A stretch of 64,000 bases of DNA from Stylophora pistillata (GCF_002571385.2 NW_019218459.1:76641-140640), one strand, 5' to 3'. Shown: positions 1-13,500, numbered from the stretch's first letter. Program-made: numbers and translations. The notes: generated by a model from the letters alone, not told the origin.

Positions 1-679
1 GAATTTTTTTCTCAAAGTACGCATTACGCTAAGCTACTTGCAAGACTTCAGAGATTTTCGTCCAAAAAAAAATTAAGCTGCATGACAACTAACCTCGAGG
101 ATCTGCTTCGACCAGCGTAATTTCCTCCTTCACCGGGAACTTGCAAGCTTGACATGACTACAAGTACAACAGCCGAGAAAATTTAATGTGGTTATCGGAG
201 TGAACGACATCCAATCATCTTCGAAGTACGGCAATTTCAATCTCAAATCCAACTGTATTTCTGCGTTTTCTCCAGGCCGTCAAACTAAGTGATCCTGCAT
301 TGTCGATGTGACCTTTCATCAGGGACGGACGGTGTATCCATAGTAACGGCTAACGACAGCTGAAAAATCACTTCCGGCGAACGTCCGTGACACCCAAAGT
401 CATCGATGCTTAAGGTCCCTAATAGCCGAGAGCGACTCTAGCTTCTTAAGTGCTTAGCAACCTCCTACGTGCATCCATAACTCAAATAGTGTACGCTGCG
501 GTGTTCACCATTTGTTAATTTCTGGCAAGCTTAACTGAAATTTAGGATCCTTTGTAGAGTACAATTATTCCTATGTTTGATGGGGAATATCAAATCATCC
601 CCTTCTTGCCCAGATTTACCCGAATCAAACATTTTGATTCAACAAACAATCTTGAGCTACCAAAACTAAAGCTTGGACA

Positions 680-3600
680 TACTCTGCCCAGTAAGACAAC
701 CATCAAAAAGGTGAGAACAAACCTAAACAAAATGAGAATGGTAATTGTTGGGAGGCTAACCATATCCTTTACAAAGGATAACCAAAAAATAAAACTTGAA
801 GTATCCATAATAATTTGTTTTAAGCTTAACAAATGTCATGTTTGTCATTTGGGTTAGATCCATTTCTGACACCAAACCTTTCATATGCAGAACTTAACAC
901 AAAATTTGGAATAAACCAAATAAACAAAAATATGCTTTTTGATTCAGGTGCTGATCTTAATTAGCCAATCTATAACTGTTTCTAATTCTTTTAAATAAGT
1001 TCTGCAGTTGTTTCAGGAAAAAAATATTCACAAAAGTAAATGTACAGAGACTGTACAAGTTGTGCACATGATAAATTCAGTAAACAAATAAAAGATGTTC
1101 ACAAATTAAAAAAAATCAAAAATCATTATGGTAACCAATACCTTGATAAACAGCTGTGATCATTTTAACTACATCATTTCTCCTTATATCTTTTAATGCT
1201 GCTATTAAATCCTCCAAAGTTTTATCCTCTCTTTCAATCACCAGGAGGTCAATAAGTGTGCGAGTACAACTGCCCCTACTGACTAGTTTACACCTGAGGC
1301 GAGTCTCCAGAGGCGCATTCACTTGTTGTGTGCAAGCCAGATATTCCCAGCCATGTATGCATCGATGCGGTGTGTAGTCAAGTTTGCGCATTAACATGTC
1401 CTCAAGAAATTTATTTTCTTGTATTTCATTTGAAACTATTGACAAGAGAATGAAATGAAGAAAATGTTAAAATATGACATGACCACCAAACATAACTGTC
1501 ATGAGCTTGCAGTGTTATATAAACATAACCTTTCTTACAATTATTGATTTGATTAGACCCATCAAAGCCTTATAACTCTTAACCTTTTAACTCCCAAAAT
1601 CTAAATCTAAATTCTCTGTACTGTTCCATATAGGTTGCCTATGATTTCAGTTCTGAGACTTTGCTGTTAAATCAACAATAGCCCCACACCAATATTTTTC
1701 CTTCTTCACATTACTTTCTACCCCACTTGCTCAAAAGGTGGGTAACACTATTTGCTGAATATATCTCTATCAGGTAGATAGTACATTTTTTTAATGCTTG
1801 TCGAATGGATAATGATTTATAGTCAGATAACATTACCTGCCCTTTGCACAACAGGCCCTGCTTGAAAATTTATGGATACTGTGATTCACTGTCTGTGACA
1901 TAAAATATTTTGTCTTGTGGGTTGGGTGAACATGCGGAATGCATGAAAATATAAATAGAAGAAAGAGTGGTGCTAAGTTTTAAAACTACCCATAAATGTT
2001 TTCCTTCATAAAACTGTGTATTGCATGAGAGGTTTCAGAAATAAAAATACAGTTTACATCTTTGACCCAAAAAGTGATTATCATCTAATTTCTCCTTACA
2101 ATATCACCCTCTGGTCAACCATTTAGGTCATGAGAATAAAGGAAATGATCACCAACTAAAGAAGCTCCTGATCATTAAACAAATTCTCCATGTCTGCACC
2201 TTTGGAAATGTACAGAGGATAGTATAGAGAATATACATACTGGTATTAGGGTGTAAACTGGGGTTACTTGATAATTTATCATACCAATAAAAGAAGCAAT
2301 TAAATTAGTCTGGGTATATTTGTATATCACTTACCAAAAAATTGTTCATATCTATTGCCTTGTGGAGTTGTTTCTTCATTTCTGAGTTCCTCTTCTCCTT
2401 CAGGTCCTCTGTTCTGAGTGGGATCCGCAGTTTCTGTTTCTTGACTCTCTTCTTGGATTGGAGGGGTTGTTAGACTTGGTAAGCTGTTGTCACCTTGAGC
2501 TACATCTCCTTCAGGAAGGTTTTCAGGTTGACAAAGGGCCCCATCATCACCACCAACATTTGTGCTGCCTGCAGCAGCAATACCAGTTACACTACCAGAA
2601 GGAGTTGCATTAGCATCACCAGCAGTACCAGTAGCAGCACCACCACCAGTCACACTACCAGAAGAAGCAGCAGCAGCAGCATCAGCAACAAGACCACTAT
2701 CAGTCACAGTACCAGAAGAAGCAGCAGCAGCAGCAGCAACAAGACCACTATCAGTCACACTACCAGAAGAAGCAGCAGCAGCAGCANTACTCTGCCCAGT
2801 AAGACAACCATCAAAAAGGTGAGAACAAACCTAAACAAAATGAGAATGGTAATTGTTGGGAGGCTAACCATATCCTTTACAAAGGATAACCAAAAAATAA
2901 AACTTGAAGTATCCATAATAATTTGTTTTAAGCTTAACAAATGTCATGTTTGTCATTTGGGTTAGATCCATTTCTGACACCAAACCTTTCATATGCAGAA
3001 CTTAACACAAAATTTGGAATAAACCAAATAAACAAAAATATGCTTTTTGATTCAGGTGCTGATCTTAATTAGCCAATCTATAACTGTTTCTAATTCTTTT
3101 AAATAAGTTCTGCAGTTGTTTCAGGAAAAAAATATTCACAAAAGTAAATGTACAGAGACTGTACAAGTTGTGCACATGATAAATTCAGTAAACAAATAAA
3201 AGATGTTCACAAATTAAAAAAAATCAAAAATCATTATGGTAACCAATACCTTGATAAACAGCTGTGATCATTTTAACTACATCATTTCTCCTTATATCTT
3301 TTAATGCTGCTATTAAATCCTCCAAAGTTTTATCCTCTCTTTCAATCACCAGGAGGTCAATAAGTGTGCGAGTACAACTGCCCCTACTGACTAGTTTACA
3401 CCTGAGGCGAGTCTCCAGAGGCGCATTCACTTGTTGTGTGCAAGCCAGATATTCCCAGCCATGTATGCATCGATGCGGTGTGTAGTCAAGTTTGCGCATT
3501 AACATGTCCTCAAGAAATTTATTTTCTTGTATTTCATTTGAAACTATTGACAAGAGAATGAAATGAAGAAAATGTTAAAATATGACATGACCACCAAACA

Positions 3601-4894
3601 TAACTGTCATGAGCTTGCAGTGTTATATAAACATAACCTTTCTTACAATTATTGATTTGATTAGACCCATCAAAGCCTTATAACTCTTAACCTTTTAACT
3701 CCCAAAATCTAAATCTAAATTCTCTGTACTGTTCCATATAGGTTGCCTATGATTTCAGTTCTGAGACTTTGCTGTTAAATCAACAATAGCCCCACACCAA
3801 TATTTTTCCTTCTTCACATTACTTTCTACCCCACTTGCTCAAAAGGTGGGTAACACTATTTGCTGAATATATCTCTATCAGGTAGATAGTACATTTTTTT
3901 AATGCTTGTCGAATGGATAATGATTTATAGTCAGATAACATTACCTGCCCTTTGCACAACAGGCCCTGCTTGAAAATTTATGGATACTGTGATTCACTGT
4001 CTGTGACATAAAATATTTTGTCTTGTGGGTTGGGTGAACATGCGGAATGCATGAAAATATAAATAGAAGAAAGAGTGGTGCTAAGTTTTAAAACTACCCA
4101 TAAATGTTTTCCTTCATAAAACTGTGTATTGCATGAGAGGTTTCAGAAATAAAAATACAGTTTACATCTTTGACCCAAAAAGTGATTATCATCTAATTTC
4201 TCCTTACAATATCACCCTCTGGTCAACCATTTAGGTCATGAGAATAAAGGAAATGATCACCAACTAAAGAAGCTCCTGATCATTAAACAAATTCTCCATG
4301 TCTGCACCTTTGGAAATGTACAGAGGATAGTATAGAGAATATACATACTGGTATTAGGGTGTAAACTGGGGTTACTTGATAATTTATCATACCAATAAAA
4401 GAAGCAATTAAATTAGTCTGGGTATATTTGTATATCACTTACCAAAAAATTGTTCATATCTATTGCCTTGTGGAGTTGTTTCTTCATTTCTGAGTTCCTC
4501 TTCTCCTTCAGGTCCTCTGTTCTGAGTGGGATCCGCAGTTTCTGTTTCTTGACTCTCTTCTTGGATTGGAGGGGTTGTTAGACTTGGTAAGCTGTTGTCA
4601 CCTTGAGCTACATCTCCTTCAGGAAGGTTTTCAGGTTGACAAAGGGCCCCATCATCACCACCAACATTTGTGCTGCCTGCAGCAGCAATACCAGTTACAC
4701 TACCAGAAGGAGTTGCATTAGCATCACCAGCAGTACCAGTAGCAGCACCACCACCAGTCACACTACCAGAAGAAGCAGCAGCAGCAGCATCAGCAACAAG
4801 ACCACTATCAGTCACACTACCAGAAGAAGCAGCAGCAGCAGCAGCATCAGCAACAAGACCACTATCAGTCACACTACCAGAAGAAGCAGCAGCA
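680..4894. repeat. ~2.1-kb near-identical direct duplication (680-2786 vs 2788-~4894) joined by a single N; probable assembly overlap or haplotype duplication
   Basis: Constant offset of 2108; introns appear identical by eye; the junction is exactly the N at 2787. Confidence 0.85.
1116..2786 (-). CDS. Second, partial copy of the Death-domain gene (3' part of the big exon plus DD exon), truncated at N 2787
   Basis: ORF 1116-1445 is identical to 3224-3553; ORF 2327-2758 matches the end of 4435-5748 except for repeat-unit differences. Confidence 0.5.
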
Positions 4895-7586
4895 GGACCA
4901 CCACCAGTTACACTTCCAGAAGAAGTAGCACTAGTATTATCAGCAGAACCACCATCACCATCCCCAGTCATGCCACCATAAGAAGTATCACAAGCAGCAT
5001 CAGCAACAAGACCAACACTACCAGTTACAACACCAGGAGAGGTATCACCAGCAGCATTGGTGATACCCCCAATACCAGTTACATAAACAGAAGAAGCAGT
5101 ACTAGCAGCATAGGCAGCAGTACCACCACAACCAGATAACCTTCCAGAAGAAGTAGTAGTAGCAGCCGTACCACCACCAGTGGCATAACCAGAAGAAGCA
5201 GTGCTAGTGGCATAGGCAGCAGTACCACCACCACCAGATACACCACAAGAAGAAGTAGCAGCAGTAGCACCACTGGCAATTGGCTTTAGGTTATCAGGTA
5301 CAGCATCAATGAGAGTTTCTGCAGAAGGATTAATCTCTTGGTTTTCAAGATCTGCATGACCTGCCTCTGTTATGGAAGCTTCTCCTTTCCTGGATCTTTC
5401 AAAGCTTAAGTCTGTAGTACTGGGTCCTTCAGATGCATAACTAAAGTCACGATCTAATGAATTTGGATCAGACCGCCCAGTTGAATCTAAACTGGCTGGA
5501 GCTTCTTCAACATTCCCATCTTTTCTTCCACTAGAGGACATTTGATCTGACCATGACAACTGGGAACTGCCTTTGCTCCAACCCTGTCCATTTTCTGCAC
5601 CAGCTGGTAAAGTTTGTCTCTTGTTTCCTTGGTCAGGTCTTTTGGTGGATAGAGGGCCATTCTCTAGATTGAGTGCTTCTTTCACTGTCTTCTCATTTTG
5701 GTCCTCTGAGTTCTGTACAACTTCCTTCCCATCCCTTTCTCCTTCCAAGAGATCAAATAATTACATTGGCTTTGTGCCTAGTCAAACCTAAAAATTTTCA
5801 CTAAAGGGGTGTCTTTTTTCCACTCCACTACAAAAAAAAAAAACACAATCCATAACATTTGGCACTACTGAAGTAGCTGAGGCATGATCCACATGCTTTA
5901 ACCCTTTACACCCTCAGATCAGTTTGCATATTCTCCCTACTGTTCTCTTTACATTTCCTAAGATACTGACAAGGAGAATTTGCATAACAATCGAGAGTTT
6001 CTAAAAATGCTGATCATTTCCTTTATTCTCATGACCTTCATGTTTGATTCAGGGGTGTTACTGTAAGGAGAAATTAGATGCTAGTCACTCTTAGGGGTTT
6101 AGGGATTAAAGATTACAAAAACAACCATTGATCTACATGTAGAGATGATAAACTCTTGGATTACCAATTAACCACCATAATATAAGCCACTGTAGGAGAT
6201 TATTTGAAACACATTCCCGTACTTAAGGAGTGAATGCTATCTGGGGTGTTAAGGGCGTAACAAATATAATATTTGTTAACAGATACAAACGGTATCAATG
6301 GTATTCAGAAATGTCAATTGATAATGTCTGATGCAAACCTTACATGAAGCATTGTCATGTGACAACCTAGATCCTTATAAAGCATGATGAGATCTTCTGG
6401 TATATAACATCTATCATGCTCTGTACAAGTTCTACTGAGGTCTTTCTACTTTTGCACCACAGAACAAAGGCTTCTGTCTAAATAGTATAATTTGAATATA
6501 TCAACAAAGTTGGAATGGTAAATTAGCCACCGTTGCGGTTATAAAAGCTGACGTTTTGAGCGTTGGCCCTTCGTCGGAGTGAATAGAGGAATTGTGGGTT
6601 GTGTGTGCTTTTAAAGGCAGAAAAAGGAGCTACGTGATTGCCTTTAAAAGCACACACAACCCACAATTCCTCTATTCGCTCCGACGAAGGGCTAGCACTC
6701 AAAATGTCAGCTTTTATAATCACAACGGTGGCCTATTTACCATTTCAACTTTGTTGATATATTCAAATTATTTCGTAACCCTCACTGACGCAGCTCCAAA
6801 CGGTTTCTTTAGAAACTATCAGTCTTTATGTCTAAATAGTACACTGAAGTCAAGTGTGTGAACTTGAGAGACAATTTCATTTCCACAAAATGAAACAAAA
6901 GTGCCCTGGTAAGACTATCAAGAAATAGTATTTCCTTATACCTATACCACACAATAAAATACTTCCAGCTTAAGAGTGAAGGTCGGGGGGGGAGGGAATG
7001 ACAGTGTCAAGTTGAGACTAGACCCTCCCTTATTGATCAGTTAAATTGACTCACAATATTACCCTAAATATGATGTGATCACAACATATTTTTCTGGGAA
7101 TGTGCAAAAAAATAAAAAAAGCAGATTGATGGAGGAGAGAACACTGTATTACTAATAAGTACACTCCTCTGTATTTGTGAAATGTACACATGATAGGATG
7201 ACTCAGCAAAAAATAAAGATTTAATTAACCTTGCAATAAAAATTCAGCTGCTGCCAGTATGTTGGGATTCCAGGACTTCCTCTGGGTTAATTCCCTAAGT
7301 AGTTCTTGCAGTTTCATGGAAGATCATGTCTAAAACTAACTCGTGGACGAAACTTACCAAATCCATGGAAACAATCGACATACACATGTACATGTAACAG
7401 CATTATCGTTTGTTAAAACAAAAGTTTACAAGCCCGAAGAACGATTACATACGATTAGTTTTGCATATGAAATAGATTACATTGGCGATGATTGCGTCGT
7501 AAGACCCTATTAGTTTAGATAAACTTACCTTTTCGTTTGTTTCTGCGAAATTTATCCTTTACTGCCTTTTTCACAGCGAACGCCAT
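3224..7586 (-). CDS. Death-domain adaptor-like protein (low-complexity N-terminus, PIQEE motif, C-terminal DD). Exons: 7586-7529 (or alternative coding start 7317-7230), 5741-4443, 3543-3224
   Basis: The last exon encodes ...LMRKLD..GWEYLA...TLEDLIAALKDIRRNDVVKMI, a Death-domain pattern of MyD88/EDARADD type. All junctions are GT-AG and phase 1 (G|GTAAG at 7529, AAG|GA at 5741, G|GTAAGT at 4443, TAG|TT at 3543). The first coding exon is ambiguous. Confidence 0.72.
4690..5270 (-). repeat. Coding minisatellite (~50-63 bp units, e.g. AASSGSVTDSGLVADA / ASSGSVTGGG)
   Basis: Repeated gtcacactaccagaagaagcagcagc units and degenerate versions within the large exon. Confidence 0.85.
5898..6109. mobile_element. 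piggyBac-like ~210-bp MITE (TTAA-CCCTTT...GGG.TTAA); relatives at ~2060-2265, 4170-4375, 11440-11625, 13070-13245, 20640-20850, 21823-22035, 44950-45155
   Basis: TTAA-flanked CCC/GGG termini and shared internal sequence recurring in several introns. Confidence 0.6.
6488..6828. mobile_element. Penelope-derived palindromic element with degenerate hammerhead cores and a 13-bp TSD
   Basis: ~135-bp inverted arms spanning 6487-6771; TGTCTAAATAGTA at 6475 and 6829; arms carry CCGACGA...CAAAA(C/T)GTC, a decayed CTGANGA...GAAACGTC. Confidence 0.75.
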
Positions 7587-7920
7587 GAACAGTTGATTCG
7601 AACGTCTGAGCCAGTGGCAAAACCAGGAAGTTACTGATAAATAAAGACACTAAAATCAAGTTTAATACAAAACAGCGCAGCTATTCAAGAGGATTGGGAT
7701 GGACCTTATACTCCCTTAGCACTACTCTTGAGGATCTGAAGTGATCATGTGATCATGCATGCAAGGCACTCTGAAGAACGGTTACCAAGCAAAAGGAAAA
7801 GAAACATCAAGAACTTCATCGTGATTAACTTTTGATAGTTTTTACTCATCCCTCTCGTGTTTTACATATTCTCGAGCCGTTAGATATTATATATTTCGTT
7901 ACAGGAGGAAACGAAATAAT
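7587..7920. promoter_or_regulatory. Putative bidirectional promoter between the two Death-domain genes
   Basis: Minus-strand first exon starts at 7586; plus-strand donor GAG|GTACG at ~7923 with acceptor at ~8455; ETS-like CAGGAAGT at ~7624 and GGAAnnGAAA at ~7795 and ~7907. Confidence 0.45.
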
Positions 7921-8499
7921 GAGGTACGTTTTATAAGTCTTAAGAGAGAAAATATTTCGAAAGACAAGTTAAAATTTGCCTACGAAGCACGAATTTCAGG
8001 TTGAAAATATCCCCTAGTCTGTTGTGTTGTTACGTATATATCTCCGATTTCCGAAACAATGCAGATCTTTTGACGATCTCTCCAGGCAAAATAAAATTTA
8101 ACAAAACTCCTTCAGTCGTTAACCCATGAGTTAAGGAGCATGATATGGAAAACAACTCTAAAAATTGTCTTCACCGCAATTGTTTGAGACGTTGTACTAC
8201 TTCCGTAGAATAATGCGCATACATGTATAGTTATCCCAGCCTTATTAAGTAAATCTGTCACAAGAATAGCTCAAGTGGTGATACTGTTTACGTTTGACAT
8301 ACAAGCTAAGCGCGATCAATGGTTCGATATAGAGTTTTCATTTAAATGTTAAATCTGTTCATCAACCAACAAATCAGTTGTATTGTCTCTCCATTTGACA
8401 GTCGTCAGCTTATTTATCAGTATGAAAAATATCACCTCTTTGCTTTTCTTTCCAGCTGAATGCTTAGAAACTTGCTGAATAAGTATAAAACTTGAATAG

Positions 8500-10456
8500 A
8501 TGGCCTTGTCACGCATGAGTGTGCACGATCTAATGGGAAATACCCACAACAAAGGAAGGACAAAAAAGAAACAAGTTCTTGGAAAGGAAGGTGCAAGCAC
8601 CTTTCACTCCAGAGATGAAAGTGATCATGTTGATGAGATATATGATCAAGGATTAAGACATTTTCGTGAATCTGAATTGAAGAGGCAGGAAGACATGCGA
8701 AAGATTAAGCCTCAGAACCCAAATTTAGATGTCAAAAAGGAAGGAGATGTACAAGAGGAAAGGAATGCACAAACTGTGCATGGCACTAGCAATGGTACAC
8801 TTTCAAGTGATCTATACCAAGGTTTATCAAATCTTGTGATGGAAGATCAGGATAGAAATCTGCATGATAATCATGCTTCGCCTCAAGATGCTATATCATG
8901 CAATGATGGAAGGAATCTAAATAATGCATCTGATGATTGCCATGACCTCAGTCAGGAACAGCAAAGTGGTTTGAACCAAGCTAATGGTCCAAGTGATGTT
9001 GCTGATGGAGCACCAGTGACAGATCCTAGTATTCATGAACTTGAATTGAGAGAGTCTTGCATACCAAACTCTTTAGGTCCTGGTACTATGTCTTATACTT
9101 CTAGTTATGAAAAACCTGATTCTAACCCTAGTACAAATACAAATTGTGGGATTGAAGCAGCTGAGAGCATTAGGAAAACTCCAGCTCATAAGAAAACTCC
9201 CGAGGAACAGAATGAGCATTCCCCTACTTCATCTGTACCTCCAACACCTCAGCCAAAGAGCGAATCATGTAGTCCTGAAACTTCACAGATTGTTCCTGGT
9301 GGACACCTGAAAGGATCAGGACAAGATGAAGAAGCAGAGAAAAAGAAAAGTAAGAGAAAAAGAAATAGTAAACAATAAACAATAACTGCAAAGATTACTT
9401 TCTAAGACCCTCTGACACACAGGCAAGAAAATTCCTTCTCTAGTTATTAAGTCATGCAGAATTTCCTTTTCAGCAAAGAACTTTCATTTTCATTGTATAG
9501 GAACTACTTTGAGCAGCTAAAAATGGAGCAATTTTAAATTGAGGCTCAAAAGTAATTTCTTTCTCTCAATCTTCATTTGAGTGTTATGGAATTTTTGTAC
9601 CTCATTCCTATACCGTCAAGTGCGAAAGTAAAGCCAATTTTAGCCCAGAACCCTATATCTCAATTTCAATTTTAAGCCCTTATCAGGCCCTTTGGATATT
9701 TTTCCTATTTTTTCTGATTGGTTTTGGTTTCACGGTACTCTCCTTTAAAGCACAAGTTTGTCACAATTTTTAATATGTTACCGAGGAGGATAATTATTTT
9801 TTAACATATGTTGTGTCCCATTTTTTCCAAATTTTTACCACTCTGATGTAGCTTAAAAATTTTTGTTAACAGATACAAAGTTGATCACACAAAGCCAATC
9901 ATGTAGTCTTATCATCTCTGTAAGAGTCTACAGTCAAGAAAAAGAGAGTGTTTTTGTCGGTGCAAGTGAGGGGAGGTTGGGACAACTTTAGCACACGCAG
10001 GTCATGATCAAAGTCAAGTGAACAGTTGGTTGTTATTGTCAAAGTCATGACTTTTGCCAGATAAAAACCAAACTTCTGTGAACATTTTCGTATGTAGATT
10101 GTGTGTCCTCATATTGGAAGCTTAATTGTTATTAACATTAATATAGAACTGTTTACAGTGGAGCTTTGCAGGACTTTGATTGTTTTTGTAAAGAGAAAAG
10201 TGAAGTTTATAACTCGAAGACTGGGATCTTTCAAAGAGCAATTCTTCAATTGATTACCCATACTTTTGTGCTGACTTTGTTGTTTAGTTCTGTAATCATG
10301 ATAATATTTAGCCTTCTGTTGAACCTAATTGATTCAGAACAAGGCTTGATGGTCTATATTAAGCCTTTCAAAATAATGAAACTTTGGCATGCTTAAATTA
10401 ATCATGTATATTCACCCAGAAAAACAAATGCAAAACCTCACACAAGAGAAGTAGNG

Positions 10457-10519
<63 letters not shown>

Positions 10520-13500
10520 ACAAAGTTTCAGTGATACGTCTATAACTCCATAGCCCTCATAGTATTGAAAAGTTTATTGGAAAGATCAATTGAAGAAGTG
10601 TTTTGTTTAAGTTTTTGGGTTTTTGCAACCTTCACATTTGTCCACTCAAGCGTTGGTTGTTAGATTTAAATTAACCCTTTAATAATGATGATAATAATAA
10701 TAATAATAGTAAGGTTTTTATGAGCGCATTTAAGAATCTCAATGCGCTTACAGAGCATAATAAAAATAAAATATCACAATGATACTAACAGTCAGTAGTA
10801 CCTACACTAACAAAAATAGAGTTAAATGGGATAAAAACCTATGTAGTGTTTCACAATACTAAAAATAAAATTTCCGGAATAGAGGAATGTTTTAAGGGAA
10901 GATTTAAAAGACGAAAGAGAAGCTGCAGATTTAAAAGAATCAGGAAGAGTATTCCATAATGTAGGTGCACAGAAGGAGAACGCACGTTCACCGTATGTCA
11001 CAGAATTTATAGTGAGGCCAGTAAGAAGTGATTTTGGAAGATGAACGTAGAGTGCGTGGTGGATGATATTCTTGTAACAGGGACGACAAATAGGCCGGAG
11101 AAAGTCCATGAAGAATCTTAAAAGTAGTAAGAATAGCTTTAAACATTATACGTGATTCAACAGGCAGCCAATGTAGTTTTTGAAGAGCAGGTTTGATGTG
11201 ATCATATCGTTTAAATCCGGTAATAAGACGTGTTTTGAACTCTCTGGAGTTTGTCGAGTTCCCGTTTCGGTAAACCATAGAGGATACTGTTAAAGTAGTC
11301 CAGTCGTGATATTACTAGAGTACTGACTAATAGTTTTAAGGTTTTCATTAGTGAGGTATTTACGAATGCGCCCTATGGATCTGATGGCATTAGTTGCTTT
11401 CCTGCATGTCTCATTAATGTGGTATGTCAGTGTTAGATTTGTAAATTCTCCCTTCGGCTGCTTTCACATTTCCTTTTAAGTTAGTTACAAAAATTTGGTC
11501 TTAGATCGAGATGGCTACTTCTACCTGATAAGTTTGAGTATTCTCATTACCTGTTTGTGGGATGGTGTAGGGATATTATAGGGAAAAGTTAACTGTTAAT
11601 CACATCTGAGAGTTAAAGGGTTAAGAGGGAATAGAAACGTCATTAAAAAAATTAGTGATAATCTTCTGATCATCAAGTCAGATATTGTGGTTGAATAAGG
11701 ATTAAGTGATTTACTAGCTGTTTTTTTTTTCCCCTAGTTTTTCGGGAAAAAATGGAACGCAACTCAGCAAAGCAACTCAGTGATCTGGAGCAAATGCCCT
11801 CGGAAAAGAGCAACGAGAAAACCTTAATTTCAAATCTGGAGAATAATGCTGCCATTCGGGGCTTCATAATTCGAGGGAACTGTGGAGAAGGAAACTGCAT
11901 GTTCCACGCACTATCCAGACAGCTGAAAATTAAAAAGGATATCCAAATCTCTCATGGTGATTTGAGGGGAAAAATTGTCGAGTACCTTGAAAACCATCGT
12001 GAACTGGTAAGGGAAACTATTCAAAGATGATTTGGGATTTGAAAAAAAAATTATAATTTTCTGCACCTCAAAACCTCAAAATGGCTCTTTGGCTGACAAA
12101 AGAGTATTTAACTCCTTTTGCATGTTGGCTTGAATGGTGCCTTTTAAAAGAGATACGTTTTTTCCTTAGGTTGAAGCCGTAAAGAATATTCAGTAAGCAG
12201 TGAGTTCGCTCCTTAAAAAGAGCCTCCGTCTCCTATAACCCCCACCCCTTTTCCCCTTCGTCAGAAATGTTAAAAAAACGTACAGTCCAACCAGTATTTA
12301 GTGGCACTGTAATAACGGTCACCCTGTATTAAGCGGTCGGTTGTCAANTATTACTGACATTTGCAAATCTTCATTTTATCATTTGCGAAATATTAGCTAT
12401 ATCAGAAAATATCTTTCAGCGACCACTACTGAATTGCTGGTTCATATGTTTGTATCTTCGAAGCTGGATTACTGTAATTTCCTTTAGTATGGCCTACCAG
12501 CCTTCACTATAAATAAGCTACAACACGTCCAGAATGCCGCGGCGCGCCTCGTCACACTTACAAAAAAGCAAATAATTTAGGTGTACAGAAGGAGAACGCA
12601 CGTTCACCGTATGTCACAGAATTTATAGTGGGGACAGTTAGAAGTGATTTGGAAGATGAACGTAGAGTACGTGGTGGATGATATTCTTGTAACAGGGACG
12701 ACAAATAGGCCGGAGAAAGTCCATGAAGAATCTTAAAAGTAGTAAGAATAACTTTAAACATTATACATGATTCAACTGGCAGCCAGTGTAGTATTTGAAG
12801 AGCAAGTTTGATGTGATCATATTGTTTAAATCCGGTAATAAGACGTGCTGCAGTGTTTTGAACTCTCTGGAGTTTGTCGAGTTCCCGTTTCGGTAAACCA
12901 TAGAGGATACTGTTAAAGTAGTCCAGTCGTGATATTACTTGAGCACTGACTAATAGTTTAAGGTTTTCATTAGTGAGGTATTTACGAATGCGCCCTATGG
13001 ATCTGATAGCATTAGTTGCTTTCCTGCATGTCTCATTAATGTGGTATGTCAGTGTTAGATTTGTAAATTCTCCCTTCGGCTGCTTTCACATTCCTTTTAA
13101 GTTAGTTACAAGAATTTGGTCTTAGATCGAGATGGCTACTTCTACCTGATAAGTTTGAGTATTCTCATTACCTGTTTGTGGGATGGTGTAGGGATATTAT
13201 AGGGAGAGGTTAACTCTTAATCACATCTGAGAGTTAAAGGGTTAAGAGGGAATAGAAACGTCCTTTAAAAAAATTAGTGAAAATCTTCTGATCCTCAAGT
13301 CAGATATTGTGGTTGAATAAGGATTAAGTGATTTACTAGCTGTTTTTTGTTTCCCTAGTTTTTCGGGAAAAAATGGAACGCAACTCAGCAAAGCAACTCA
13401 GTGATCTGGAGCAAATGCCCTCGGAAAAGAGCAACGAGAAAACCTTAATTTCAAATCTGGAGAATAATGCTGCCATTCGGGGCTTCATAATTCGAGGGAA

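Noticed and set aside
334-347. X-box GTATCCATAGTAAC
   Set aside because: Lies in apparent transposon-end sequence with no adjacent gene start.
680-2787. Real tandem paralog of the DD gene
   Set aside because: Introns look identical and the junction is a lone N inside a VNTR, typical of an unmerged contig overlap.
2495-5279. Plus-strand and alternative-frame ORFs (2495, 2562, 4603, 4670, 5079)
   Set aside because: Shadows of the stop-poor coding repeat; one crosses the N.
6523-6861. Mirror ORFs on both strands
   Set aside because: Artefact of the palindrome.
10420-10454. Extra small exon of the OTU-DD gene
   Set aside because: Runs into an in-frame TAG and the N gap; cannot be supported.
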